This document shows, in pieces, positions 17,784 to 28,134 of a DNA stretch of 64,000 nucleotides (positions within the stretch are counted from its first letter, which is position 1; each line of letters starts with the position of its first letter). The DNA lies in assembly GCA_963695545.1 (NCBI GenBank), contig OY968796.1, positions 896,001 to 960,000 of the forward strand, in the 5' to 3' direction. Below the pieces are notes generated by a model. The model searched no databases, was not told the origin of the DNA, and worked only from the letters and a program-made list of their open reading frames with translations. The translations under genes were made by a program, and so were the position numbers. Source of the DNA: Terriglobia bacterium (GTDB lineage: Bacteria; Acidobacteriota; Terriglobia; Acidiferrales; UBA7541).

Positions 17784-19925
17784 TCACCGTTGCACCGAGA
17801 TCTCGTACCAAGTGGTGACAGGTCTACCGAGTGGGATCTTCCAGGCATCGCCAAGTCGTCGTGCGTTGATGGCGGCACCGATAGGCTGCCCGGCGCCATC
17901 GATTGGATGAACCTGCACGGAACGCGCGCCCTCAAGGCCGCGTAGCGTGATGCTTCCCTCCACCTGCTCAATCAGCGAAGGCGAACCTCCCGAATTCGTC
18001 ACCATGGTGCCCGCAATATTCCATCGTTGCCCGGTATTTTCGACGCGACCTCCTGCAACTAAGAGCAACTTAGATGCCCGCGCGATCGGTTTGCCGTCGA
18101 TGGAACTGAGTTCAATCGCGCAAAAGGTGTTCTCGACTTGCGCGGCGAGATTGCTGATGGACTTTCCATTCGCGCCGACAAATCCGATCAGCGCTTGAGA
18201 TCGGGGCGTGTCGACGGTCACTAGCCCGGTCTGCCGCGAAGACTTGTACCAGACAAGCTGCTTGGTATCGGAGACGATCGGATCGGGTGCCGCAGCTCTA
18301 GGAAAACTTTGCGTTGCGGGACCGCCGAGCGACGAAATGCGAACTTCGTGTTCGAGTGGAAGGTAGAGCGGGAATCCGAAAGTGAAGTAAGGTCGATCGG
18401 TCGCAGGAAGAATCATACTGTCAAAAACCTGATCCGCTGTGTAGGAACGTTCCACCACGCTGCGCGCCTTTTCGACGTCGCCGCGAAGAAACACCAGCGC
18501 GCCCGCGGCAAGTTCCGGCATTTTGACCGGGTCAAATCCGATGTCAAACGCGCCGGCGACGTATGGCTTCCAGGCGGGATCGAGTTTCGGCTCGAAGGTG
18601 TAAAACATGATTGCGTCCCAGTCCTGAAACGCGCCATAGGCGGCGAGGATTGGGATGCCTTCGATGTCATAATCGTTCGGAAAGGGATTGTTGACTTCGC
18701 TTACGGTGTAAGGTTTGCCGGCGATCGCGGAGCGCGAAAGGTCGACCACCGTGGAGTCGAACGGATCGTTGAGCATGGACGATCTGTGGACGTAATAGTG
18801 GGGATGCTCCCAGTAATCGTGGCCATCGATTACGTCCATCGACAAAGTGGCCCGCAGAAGAGGATAGCCGCTAGTCAAATGATAAAAATCGGCTGTGGCG
18901 ATCACCAACGACTTCGAGCCAAGTGTCTGCTGTAAGTAATTTTTCATGTCTGCAAAATAATCGTGTTGCAGGTCGTCATAGAACTCCGCCTCTGCGTGAA
19001 GGCGTTCCGGCGGAGCCACAGCTTCGGGCGGAATCGGACCCGTATACGAAACTTGAGGCTGGATGAGCGGCACAGGCGAATTGTCTCCCTGCACACCTAC
19101 AGCCGAGCGCAGTTCTGCAACTTGTTCAGGGCTGCGGTGCCGCGTAAGCCACTGGTTGTAAAGGTCAGTCAGTTCCTGTAGATAAAACGGCGAAGGAGCG
19201 CGGAAACCGATGTCGATCGCGTTTTCATTGTTGATCTCGATCAGCGCGACGCCAGGGTCTTCCGTGTATTTGAGTTTGGTGTAAGGGTTCAGATGCCCCA
19301 GGAGTTGTCGAGCGTAATCTTTCTGCAGTTCGATCAGGCGCCGATCGTATAGCGACGTTCCTTTCGCGCCTTGGCTCAGCAAATCAGCGTCCTGCACGCC
19401 GTCGGCAGCGTTGAACGGGCGCGCGACGAGAAGATTGAAATCGATATAGATGCCACGCTTCTCAAGCTGGGCGATGAAGTAGTCTTCGCGGTCGAACGCC
19501 TCGGCGTCGAGAGCCTGAGTATCCTGGCGACGGCTATCGATTAGCCCGCGAGGCGTAAGAAAATCGAGAAACTGAAAGCGAACGCAATTCACGCCGAAGC
19601 GTGCCAGCGTCTCGGCCCAGAACGCAGCGTCTTGGAGGGGCGGAATTTGTTGCGAGTCCCTGCCCCAACCCGTGATATTGACCCCCCACAAGCGAACGCG
19701 CTGCCCGTCTGCCGTCGCCAAGTGGCCATCCTCCACTTGGATAAACCCATGCTTTCCGGCTGGAGCGTCGAGCAAGAACGACACATCCACCGGCGACGGG
19801 GAAAGCGTGGCTCGGCGATGTTCCATCGTGAATGGCACCATGCCGTCCGTCGTTTGCGCCGCGAGCAGTCGGCCACCTCCGATCACGCAGATCAAGAGCG
19901 CGAAAATCGTGACACAAATTTTCAT
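17784..19925 (-). CDS. Secreted glycoside hydrolase, clan GH-A-like (family not assigned)
   Basis: Signal peptide (MKICVTIFALL...AAQ); PAGKHGF, RLWGVN, GVNCVRF, HLNPYT, EINNEN (acid/base NE), DGHDYW and PYTVSE (nucleophile) motifs. Confidence 0.7.
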   Translation of the reverse strand: MKICVTIFALLICVIGGGRLLAAQTTDGMVPFTMEHRRATLSPSPVDVSFLLDAPAGKHGFIQVEDGHLATADGQRVRLWGVNITGWGRDSQQIPPLQDAAFWAETLARFGVNCVRFQFLDFLTPRGLIDSRRQDTQALDAEAFDREDYFIAQLEKRGIYIDFNLLVARPFNAADGVQDADLLSQGAKGTSLYDRRLIELQKDYARQLLGHLNPYTKLKYTEDPGVALIEINNENAIDIGFRAPSPFYLQELTDLYNQWLTRHRSPEQVAELRSAVGVQGDNSPVPLIQPQVSYTGPIPPEAVAPPERLHAEAEFYDDLQHDYFADMKNYLQQTLGSKSLVIATADFYHLTSGYPLLRATLSMDVIDGHDYWEHPHYYVHRSSMLNDPFDSTVVDLSRSAIAGKPYTVSEVNNPFPNDYDIEGIPILAAYGAFQDWDAIMFYTFEPKLDPAWKPYVAGAFDIGFDPVKMPELAAGALVFLRGDVEKARSVVERSYTADQVFDSMILPATDRPYFTFGFPLYLPLEHEVRISSLGGPATQSFPRAAAPDPIVSDTKQLVWYKSSRQTGLVTVDTPRSQALIGFVGANGKSISNLAAQVENTFCAIELSSIDGKPIARASKLLLVAGGRVENTGQRWNIAGTMVTNSGGSPSLIEQVEGSITLRGLEGARSVQVHPIDGAGQPIGAAINARRLGDAWKIPLGRPVTTWYEISVQR

Positions 19926-20038
19926 AGTTTCCTCTTCCGGGAATCGTGAACGCTTCTGACAAAGCGGTCGGAGCCAAGGTCGTGAGCGAGTTCTCGAACT
20001 CGAGAGTAGACGGTGCATCGGCCTGGCGACGTTCGTGA

Positions 20039-21718
20039 TCATGGATACCGATACAGTTGCACGCGGCGAATTGTTGGGTCGCCTGCAGGGAACGAGACGC
20101 CTTCACCCGAAGAATTCTGGGAAGCCAATACCGACAAGTCGTAGAGTAGCTGAGTGTCGTCACCGTTGAGCCAGCGCCCGCCGATCCAGCGGTCCCGGCT
20201 GAACGTGCCTTCTTCGACCTTTGCAAGTCCGATCACAGGCGGCCCGGGAGTGTCTGGTGTGAACGTGACTTGAATATCGGTCCCGGCGATTACGAATTCG
20301 TCGGCGCCGCTTTGGAATACAAGCCCATATCCGCGGTCAGGCAGCACAGTTGATTTGCGCGTGACGCGCAATGCGAAATGTAGTGTGTAGCCGCCGAGGG
20401 AGACGTCTTGAGTCGGCCGGTCCGCCGAAAGCCAAACGCCGTCAATTGTTCCGCTCGCTTGGTGCTCAAGGATCATCGGCGCGATTTCGGCAAGGAAACC
20501 GTAGGCCTTGGCAATGGGTCCGGTCGCATCATCCTGATCTTCAATGTCGTATGCGGAGTAACCGATGGACCCGAACCCCACGGCGTAGAAGGCGTTGGCG
20601 GCGCCACCCGGGCCGGCGAGCGACTCCGGCACCCACGGTGGATTGCCGTTGCGACTGTAACGACCCAAAAGGCCGGGAAAATCAGTGAAGTAGATGTCAG
20701 GCGCCAAGATGTCAATGTTGGGCGCAGCGGCCTGCCAGACGTCATGCACCTGCGCGACCGCGCCGCCGCTCGGATAGTCCCCGGGAATTTTGTCCTGGGG
20801 CTTGACGAGCGCAGTATTGATGAACATCGGGAGCGGAAGTTCGGCCTTGCCCGTGCCAGCAACGAAGTTGATATAGCGCGCGTAGTTCCACGCCATGAAG
20901 ATTTCGTCGGTGGCGGGACCCGGCCCGAATACCTGCTGCCACGTGCCGGAATTTTTCGCACCGGCTTCTTCCCAAATCTTGCGAAACTCGGGTAAGAGTG
21001 TGTCTCTGTGTGCGCCGAGGTAGTCCATCAACTGCCGAGGCACGGGCTGGGCGAATGCTTGATTGGCCGCGGGACAATGATCACGCGTATCCGATATCAC
21101 GCCGACTTCGTTTTCAACCTGCAGGAACAGGACCGTGTGTTGCTCTGAGTCCACTTCGCGAAGGTGGCGCAGCAACGCGGCGAACGCGCGGGCGTCGGCA
21201 TCGCGATTGGATTCGCTAAAGGTGGAGAGAACGCCGAGAAGGTTTCCGCTGTTGTTCTGGACAAGCGGAAACCGGACGGGATCCTTCCGCACCCACACCG
21301 GAGCGTAGCTTGAGACGCCGTTCTTCCAGCTTCCAAACCAGAGCAGAACCAAGCGCAAATTGTTGCCGCGCGCATCGCGAAGGAGCGCGTCGAGCACGCT
21401 GAAATCGAAGTGTTCTTCCTCTGGCTCGATCTGCTGCCATGTAACAGGCGCGAGCACCGTATTGAGCTGAGCGGCGGCGAGCTTGGGCCAGATGGGTTTC
21501 ATATAATCGACGCTGGACGTCGCCGAATTTCGCACCTCCCCACCGAGCACAAGATAAGGCTTGCCGTCCACGATGAGCTGCGTGGCGGCACCCATCTTTT
21601 GCAAATGGGGAAGGGTGCTGACTTCCGCGGGCTGCTGTGCCGCGACAGATAGCGACCCCACCAGCATCGCCGTACACACGGCGGTCAACATGCACCGAGC
21701 TGTTTGATTCAGCTTCAC
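20039..21718 (-). CDS. GH35-like beta-galactosidase with C-terminal DUF5597
   Basis: LIVDGKPYLVLGGE, NTVLAPVTWQQIEPEE, LLWFGSWKNG, QVENEVG, YPSGG, APDIY and RWLNGD motifs. GTG start follows an AGGAG RBS. Confidence 0.85.
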   Translation of the reverse strand: MKLNQTARCMLTAVCTAMLVGSLSVAAQQPAEVSTLPHLQKMGAATQLIVDGKPYLVLGGEVRNSATSSVDYMKPIWPKLAAAQLNTVLAPVTWQQIEPEEEHFDFSVLDALLRDARGNNLRLVLLWFGSWKNGVSSYAPVWVRKDPVRFPLVQNNSGNLLGVLSTFSESNRDADARAFAALLRHLREVDSEQHTVLFLQVENEVGVISDTRDHCPAANQAFAQPVPRQLMDYLGAHRDTLLPEFRKIWEEAGAKNSGTWQQVFGPGPATDEIFMAWNYARYINFVAGTGKAELPLPMFINTALVKPQDKIPGDYPSGGAVAQVHDVWQAAAPNIDILAPDIYFTDFPGLLGRYSRNGNPPWVPESLAGPGGAANAFYAVGFGSIGYSAYDIEDQDDATGPIAKAYGFLAEIAPMILEHQASGTIDGVWLSADRPTQDVSLGGYTLHFALRVTRKSTVLPDRGYGLVFQSGADEFVIAGTDIQVTFTPDTPGPPVIGLAKVEEGTFSRDRWIGGRWLNGDDTQLLYDLSVLASQNSSGEGVSFPAGDPTIRRVQLYRYP

Positions 21719-21860
21719 TGGTTTGCTCCTAGACTCGCAAACTGGTTCGCTCGCTGAGGACATGGCTCCGCATAGTAGGCGGAAATTCGATCGGTATTTG
21801 AACAGAAGAACTGGGGTGCTCCTCCGACGGCATGAAGAGCACCCCAGCAATTAGAAAACC

Positions 21861-24800
21861 TCAGAACACAAACTTCGCGGAGACCCAGACCTGCCGCGCA
21901 CCCGAGCTGACAGCCGAAGCGTTGCTTCCGCTGGAGCCCAACGTAGATGTGATTTCTCCAAAGGTGCCGTTGTTCGACGTGCAGCAGGATGAATTGGGAT
22001 TGGCGAAATGGGGCGTGTTCGTGAGACTGAATGCCTGCAGCTCAAGCAGCAGGCTCATTTGCTCACGAATCGGGAATGCGCGGGAGACGCTCATGTCCAG
22101 GTTGAAGATGCCCGGCCCGCGGAATTCATCTCTGCCCGAATTCCCGAATGCACCAGGTGTGGGATTGGTCATCGTGGCTGCAGGAAAACAATAGGGGGAA
22201 GGAAGCGCTGTGGAAGCGCCGCATACCGCCACTTGCGCGAACGCCGCGGTGTTGAAGTATGTGCACGACGGAGACCCGGAAACGCATGGCGGGCCATTGG
22301 GTGTCGAGCCAATGTTGCCGTATATCGCGACGTTAGGCAGGATCTGATTGGCCAGCTGAGTGCTGGCGGCCGCATTCAAAGTGTTCGAGGCGCCGGTGAC
22401 GGTAAAGGGCATGCCGCTCGTTTTGGTCAGTACCTCGTTGAGCTGCCAGCCGCCCAAAATAGCGGACGCAGCGCCATGTCTCATCCAGTGGCCGTTTTTG
22501 CCGAAGGGCGAAGGCTCGACGCCGACGATTTCCAGGTTGTTGGTTTGGTCAAATCCAGCATCCGCCCGGTTTCGGGAAAAGTAATTGGGCTGTGGGAAGA
22601 GGAACGACCCATCATCGTTGTCGCCATTTATGTTATTGATCGCCTTGGAGTACGCGTAGTTGATGGCAAAGAATCCACCGTTTCCGATCCGGTGGCTTAG
22701 CTGCGTCTGCAAGGCGTTGTAGCTGGCCGTACCATAGGGGCCTTGAATGGTGATGGCTCCCCAATTCGTTGCGCCCGGCCCAAATAGATTCGGGAGCAAC
22801 GCGTTCTCAGCCTCCGCTGTACCACTGGTACCCGCACCCGGTTCGGAGTAATTGAGGGCAAGGTCTGCCTGTAGACGAATTCCAAGAGTACGAACATAGG
22901 CCACGTTCCAGTTAAAGCCGGCCCCCAGTTCGCGCTGCACGGTTAGATTGAAGGATTCGATGTAGCCTCGGTTGTAGTTCTGCGGGAACGTAAACGTTGT
23001 ATCGGTGTTGGGGAGAGTAATCGAGCCCGAGCTAATGTTGGGCCCGACCAGCGGCACAGGGAGACCGACGGGAACTCCTGTATATACTCCGATCGTGCAG
23101 GTAGTCGTACAAACTATCGGCGAACCCGCCGCGGGAAGCGAAAGGACTCCGGATGGCGAATAATTATTGCCGGCAATCTGATTTTCACTGACATCCGACG
23201 GGAATACGTCTCGTATATCTCTGAAGTTCGAGGGGTCAATGCTCATTCCGTAGCCCGCACGAATCACCGTCTTGGGCGTCAATCGATAAGCCAGACCGAA
23301 GCGGGGAGCAAACTGTGGGGTTGTTTTGACGCCGTCCAAGAGCGGCGTGGAGCCCATGCCGCCGATGGCAATCTGGCCGGTCGCGGGATTGAACAGGGGA
23401 ACTCCAAAAGGAGATCCTTCGTAATTTGCGTGCGTCACGAAGGGATAGTATTCCCATCGAATTCCATAAGTGATGGTCAACTTTTGGTTTACCTGCCACT
23501 GATCCCGTGCGTATAGCGACCATACTGACTCGCGCTCGGTATTCGGGTCGAATTCCTCACCTGTCTTGCCCTGCGAGTTCGGCAATCCGAGTAGGAAATC
23601 GGCCCACGTATTGAAGGCATTGGACGTCGTGCCACCCTGAGACGTCAAATCGCCATTAAACGTGAACGCCCCGCGGGGGCCGAAAGATCCCTGCGGTTGG
23701 AAGTGGTTGAGTGCCCAGTGTACGCGCTCGAAACCAAACCGGAGCGCATGGGTGTGCCTTTGCCAACTTAGGTTCACGTCGCTCACGTATTGGTTGTCCC
23801 TGAACAGGAAGGGGTTCGAAGAGGTAGGGTCTCCGGCCCCGCCAGCTTGGCTAAAAATACCGTTGTTGGTAAAGAACGAGGGGAATCCACCTTCGAGACT
23901 CGTGGTGCCGTTTGTGTTAGGGATTCCGAACTGTTGCCCGTAGTTCGTGCCGAGGTCAAGATTTAGCGCGCTGAGTCGTTGCCGGGTATATCCAAAGTTT
24001 CCGTCCAGGATAACGGCTGGCGAGAAGGCGTAAGTGCCGCCGAGTCCCACAACCTGAATCCGACCGGCCGCATTCCCCTGTTGGCCGCCATTGGTGGCTC
24101 CGCCACCGGCGACTCCGAGGTCCGGCGGGTCGAGAATGTCGCTGCCCGATTCGCTATAGCGCCCAAAGAGCGTGGACCTGCTGTTGGGAAGGTATGTGAA
24201 CTTCGTGTCTATGTCGTTCCGGGTGTAATTGCCGTCTGCGTCATTCTCGTAGTTGTTGCCACCGCCCAGCGTAAACTGCTGGAAATCCAGACCCGCCGGC
24301 ACTGAGAGATATTTCAGGTAATCGAGCACCGCAGGATTGATGTCCATGTTCGGAATGGTATTACCGGGAAATTGCGTGCGGCCAGTTCCGTTGGCGATGC
24401 CGGTCCATGGCTCATAGATTGGCGTGGCGGCCGGGAATGTGACGCCAGTGGCGCTCGAGCTGCCGGTGGCCGCGGTACACGAGGCCGAACTGATGCCGTA
24501 GGGGGCCGGAAAGAGGCAAAGGCCCGGGACCTCCTGGAGTAGGGAAGCGTTTTGCCTTTGTACGGTACGCTCGTAATCTCCGAAGAAAAATAGTTTATTC
24601 CGCTTGATCGGGCCGCCCACGTTGGCAGCGATCTGGTTGTTGATGTTCTTTTTTATATCGCCGCACCCGACGATGGAAACCGACGGCACGCAGTTGGGGC
24701 CGGAATATTCATTGACTTGCGTAAAGTAGGGCAGAGCCGTCATATGCTGGTCGTTGTGGCTGTAAAAGGCGCCGCCGTGGAACTGATTTGTGCCGGACTT

Positions 24801-25592
24801 GATCGTTACGTTGATGGCCGCGCCGCCCGCCATGCCTTGCTCGGCGTCGAATGCATCGGTGACGACGTTTACGGTCTCAATCGAATCCGGAGGCGGCACA
24901 TACGCCACGTTCGCCGGTAGGTAGTTGTAAACATCGGTCATGCCGTCGATCCTCATGGTATTGCCCTGGTCGGACTGACCGTTGACGTAAGAAGTCATCG
25001 CGCGCTGTGGATTCGCTCCGGCAGAATTTTGTTCTGTCGGCGTGCTGAAACCAGGGATGACCTTGTACAAAATCTGGAAATTTCGTCCTTGCGAAGAGTT
25101 CAACGGCAGGTTGGACAACTCCGTCGTATTCAAGTCCGTGTGAACGTCGGCCCGATCCGCCTGGAGCACGGGAGCCGTCGCGGTAACGGTGACGGTATCG
25201 GTCGTTCCGGACACCGCCAGCACCGTGTCTGCCCGGACCACGTTGTTGGCTTCGACTCTTAGCCCGTTCTCAACCGAAGTTCCAAAGCCGGTGGCCGTGA
25301 TCGTCAATTTGTACACGCCCGGCGTGAGGTCTGTGAACTCAAAAACGCCGTGGTCATCAGTCTTGGTGTCAGTTGCAAGTCCAGTGCCGGAATTCGTCGT
25401 CTCGACCGAGGCATTCGCCACAACGGCGCCGGTTTGGTCAGTTACGTTCCCCGTGAGGTCACCGTACAGCACTTGCGCTGAGCCCGTATTGACACACACC
25501 ATCAGAATCGCCATCAAGAAACCTGCCGCAATTCCCAAGGGCAGTTTTCTTCCCCATCCAAACGAGGTATATCCGTGAAGTTTTCTCAACAT
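21861..25592 (-). CDS. TonB-dependent receptor (Oar-like, with N-terminal carboxypeptidase-regulatory-like domain)
   Basis: GNVTDQTGAVV, PPPDSIE, IKSGTNQFHG, GGPIKRNKLFFF, FAPRFGLAY and a C-terminal aromatic (AKFVF). Confidence 0.92.
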   Translation of the reverse strand: MLRKLHGYTSFGWGRKLPLGIAAGFLMAILMVCVNTGSAQVLYGDLTGNVTDQTGAVVANASVETTNSGTGLATDTKTDDHGVFEFTDLTPGVYKLTITATGFGTSVENGLRVEANNVVRADTVLAVSGTTDTVTVTATAPVLQADRADVHTDLNTTELSNLPLNSSQGRNFQILYKVIPGFSTPTEQNSAGANPQRAMTSYVNGQSDQGNTMRIDGMTDVYNYLPANVAYVPPPDSIETVNVVTDAFDAEQGMAGGAAINVTIKSGTNQFHGGAFYSHNDQHMTALPYFTQVNEYSGPNCVPSVSIVGCGDIKKNINNQIAANVGGPIKRNKLFFFGDYERTVQRQNASLLQEVPGLCLFPAPYGISSASCTAATGSSSATGVTFPAATPIYEPWTGIANGTGRTQFPGNTIPNMDINPAVLDYLKYLSVPAGLDFQQFTLGGGNNYENDADGNYTRNDIDTKFTYLPNSRSTLFGRYSESGSDILDPPDLGVAGGGATNGGQQGNAAGRIQVVGLGGTYAFSPAVILDGNFGYTRQRLSALNLDLGTNYGQQFGIPNTNGTTSLEGGFPSFFTNNGIFSQAGGAGDPTSSNPFLFRDNQYVSDVNLSWQRHTHALRFGFERVHWALNHFQPQGSFGPRGAFTFNGDLTSQGGTTSNAFNTWADFLLGLPNSQGKTGEEFDPNTERESVWSLYARDQWQVNQKLTITYGIRWEYYPFVTHANYEGSPFGVPLFNPATGQIAIGGMGSTPLLDGVKTTPQFAPRFGLAYRLTPKTVIRAGYGMSIDPSNFRDIRDVFPSDVSENQIAGNNYSPSGVLSLPAAGSPIVCTTTCTIGVYTGVPVGLPVPLVGPNISSGSITLPNTDTTFTFPQNYNRGYIESFNLTVQRELGAGFNWNVAYVRTLGIRLQADLALNYSEPGAGTSGTAEAENALLPNLFGPGATNWGAITIQGPYGTASYNALQTQLSHRIGNGGFFAINYAYSKAINNINGDNDDGSFLFPQPNYFSRNRADAGFDQTNNLEIVGVEPSPFGKNGHWMRHGAASAILGGWQLNEVLTKTSGMPFTVTGASNTLNAAASTQLANQILPNVAIYGNIGSTPNGPPCVSGSPSCTYFNTAAFAQVAVCGASTALPSPYCFPAATMTNPTPGAFGNSGRDEFRGPGIFNLDMSVSRAFPIREQMSLLLELQAFSLTNTPHFANPNSSCCTSNNGTFGEITSTLGSSGSNASAVSSGARQVWVSAKFVF

Positions 25593-25914
25593 GGAGCCCC
25601 CTAGTCGAAAGTTCGGACCACACCCGCGATGGGAGCCCATGTAGCATGAGTTCAAGCGGCCGAAGAAGTTAGACAACCGTTAAATAACGTTAAGAATTCG
25701 GAGAACGAGGGGTGAGTAAGGTGAGCGGTACCGCACAAGATGAGGAATTCACGCTAATGCGTGGCCCTGATCGTGAGGATCGCGCGACTCGTCGAGGCAC
25801 GAATAAAATCCGGTCCCGGCGAAAACCTCCGGGCAATCTGGTCTCCAAATTTGAGTTATACTCCCCCCACTGCGAGCGATTCGGATCGGGGCGGCACGCT
25901 TTTCGGGGTGGGTT

Positions 25915-27507
25915 GTGGAATCCACGATTAACAAATTCGAAGCCGAACGCGCCGAATTGGACTCCGTCCTCAGTTCGGAGACATTTGGTCGGGCCGGCAA
26001 TCTGGCCAAGACCCTGAACTTTATCTGCGAGAAATATTTCGAGGGGTCGACCGAAGACGTTAGGGAATACGACATCGCGGTTCACGCCCTGGGTCGCTCC
26101 AAGGATTTCGATCCTCAAATCGACACAGTCGTCCGAGTGACGGTACACTTTCTTCGAAAGCGTCTGGAACAATATTATCGGACCGAAGGCGCGGGGCACG
26201 AAGTTCAGATCCACGTCCGCACCGGCCGCTATTCCCCTAGATTCGTCCGCAAGGCCGATCGGGAGACCCAAAAACTCGAGCTCGGGTTACGAGAGCCTAG
26301 TGAGGCCGAGGCAATCCCTTCGGTTTCCTCTGCAGCTTCCGAATTTCAGCGGGCAACTTTGGGCGACGAAGCGTCAGAGCCCGCCGCAAACCCAAGCAAA
26401 GAAAATTTGGGATCAGCCGTTCTTGAGCCGGCCGCCGAGAAATGGCGTCGCAGCGGAATCTGGAGGTTTGTCGCCGTAATCCTCGTATCTCTTTGCGTCA
26501 TCGCCGCCGCAACGTCCTACACGCGCATCCATGCTCGAAAAAGCAGTATCCCCGTCCGATCCGAAGCCCCGCTTCCATTGCCCACCGATGCCTCCGGAGA
26601 CACCGTCCGCGCACTCGTCGGAGAAGGCCGCGCAGCCTACATAGATGGCGCCGGACGAACCTGGACTAGCGACACCGCCTGCTCAGGAGGAAGTACTGTT
26701 TCGGTCCCGTATCGCGCAATTGGGGGTACGCAGGACCCGCAGATCTTTCTCGGGGAGCGCCTCGGTCTGTTCCAGTGCGCATACCCCGTATCGACGGGAA
26801 CTTACGAAGTACACCTTTTGTTTTCCGAAACTTCAAACCTTGAGGAAAGCGCACGCATCGTTGCTCTCTCGGTGAACCGCGGTCCATCGACTCGCTTGGA
26901 TGTAGTGTTCGATACTGGCGGCGATAACATCGAGACGGAGAAGATTCTGACGGACGTTCACCCCGACCAGGACGGCAAGATTCACATCGATTCCACATCA
27001 GTCGATTCCTACCTGAATGCCGTCGAGATTCTGCCGGGTACCGAGAATCGAATGTTGCCGCTGAGGATCTACACAGGACACACTCCGTACCGCGATTCCG
27101 GGGGCAATCTCTGGCTTCCCAATCGATACTTCTTCGGTGGACGCGTGAGCCAGTTTGAGGCGAATACGACGGGGTTGGCGGATGGTCCCCTTTACGCCAC
27201 CCCGTGGGTCGGGAATTTCCACTACGTGATACCGGTCGCGCACGGAGAAACGTACAGGGTGCGGCTCCATTTTAGAGAGTCCCTCTTCACGGCGCCGGGC
27301 AGCCGAGTTTTCGACGTGTGGTGCAACGGAACCGCGATACTTAAGGATTTCGATATTTTTCGGGAGGCTGGTTCAGAACCCATGACGCGGACCTTTTCTT
27401 ACGTAGAGCCCACGAAGCAGGACAAAATCGAGATATTTTTCGTGCCCGGGGTCAGCTACCCATTGGTGGATGCCATCGAAGTGATCCCGGAACCGGACAC
27501 GTACTGA
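25915..27507 (+). CDS. Transmembrane one-component regulator: N-terminal wHTH-like domain, TM helix and two malectin domains
   Basis: EYDIAVHALGR..FDP..DTVVRV....LRKRL..YY N-terminal domain; TM FVAVILVSLCVIAAA; two malectin repeats (YIDGAGRTW...YEVHLLFSE and YRDSGGNLW...YRVRLHFRE..GSRVFDV). Confidence 0.8.
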   Translation: MESTINKFEAERAELDSVLSSETFGRAGNLAKTLNFICEKYFEGSTEDVREYDIAVHALGRSKDFDPQIDTVVRVTVHFLRKRLEQYYRTEGAGHEVQIHVRTGRYSPRFVRKADRETQKLELGLREPSEAEAIPSVSSAASEFQRATLGDEASEPAANPSKENLGSAVLEPAAEKWRRSGIWRFVAVILVSLCVIAAATSYTRIHARKSSIPVRSEAPLPLPTDASGDTVRALVGEGRAAYIDGAGRTWTSDTACSGGSTVSVPYRAIGGTQDPQIFLGERLGLFQCAYPVSTGTYEVHLLFSETSNLEESARIVALSVNRGPSTRLDVVFDTGGDNIETEKILTDVHPDQDGKIHIDSTSVDSYLNAVEILPGTENRMLPLRIYTGHTPYRDSGGNLWLPNRYFFGGRVSQFEANTTGLADGPLYATPWVGNFHYVIPVAHGETYRVRLHFRESLFTAPGSRVFDVWCNGTAILKDFDIFREAGSEPMTRTFSYVEPTKQDKIEIFFVPGVSYPLVDAIEVIPEPDTY

Positions 27508-27820
27508 CATTCTCTTTCTGCAACGCGACCTCCCTAATTCACCACTCCCGGTTAGTCGGATTACCGGCCAAGTGCCCGCGACAGGTCGATCTTGCTTCAT
27601 AGTGAGCGACCCCGGGCGTACTCGGACACTATCGTCCGTCGAGCAGGCATTCAGCGATCGGGCTACTGCGGGCTACCGTTTTTCGCCACTTTTGGGGTTT
27701 CGAAGGGCTTTGCCGGACCTTGTGCGGCTTCACACGTAAAATTTGAAACGTCTTGCCAGTAAAGGAGATCCCGGCGTTTTGCCGCGTAAAATGAAACGTC
27801 CGCCGACGGTGGGGTTTAGC

Positions 27821-27838
27821 TCCCCCCCTCTCCGCCAT
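27821..27838 (+). repeat. att-like duplicate of the tRNA-Ser 3' end
   Basis: Identical to 17666-17683 and preceded by GGGGTT, a degenerate T-arm. Confidence 0.8.
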
Positions 27839-28134
27839 CCAGTCTTGATTTTTCTCCAGCTGGCTTATGATTTGCGCGAAAGCAATAATTTGCCGGCCAC
27901 AGTGCGAGGAGTTGTCGCGGGCAAGCCGGCTTCTCAGAACCAATCCCGCGGCGGAACCGGGATCGCTGCCGGTCAGACGCTCATCTGGGTACAGTTGCGC
28001 AAGGTGAAGGTTGGTGGTTTCGGACGTGGTGTTACTGGGGGAAGTCGCGCCTCATGATTCCACAGCAATCTCTCGCCCGGCGCTCAGGTCGTTTCAAAAC
28101 CACGCGAGCGCAGCGGCAAGCAAACGCATAAGTC

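Noticed and set aside
27780..27840. Second tRNA gene
   Set aside because: Only the 3' 18 nt match. There is no D arm, anticodon arm or intact T-loop.
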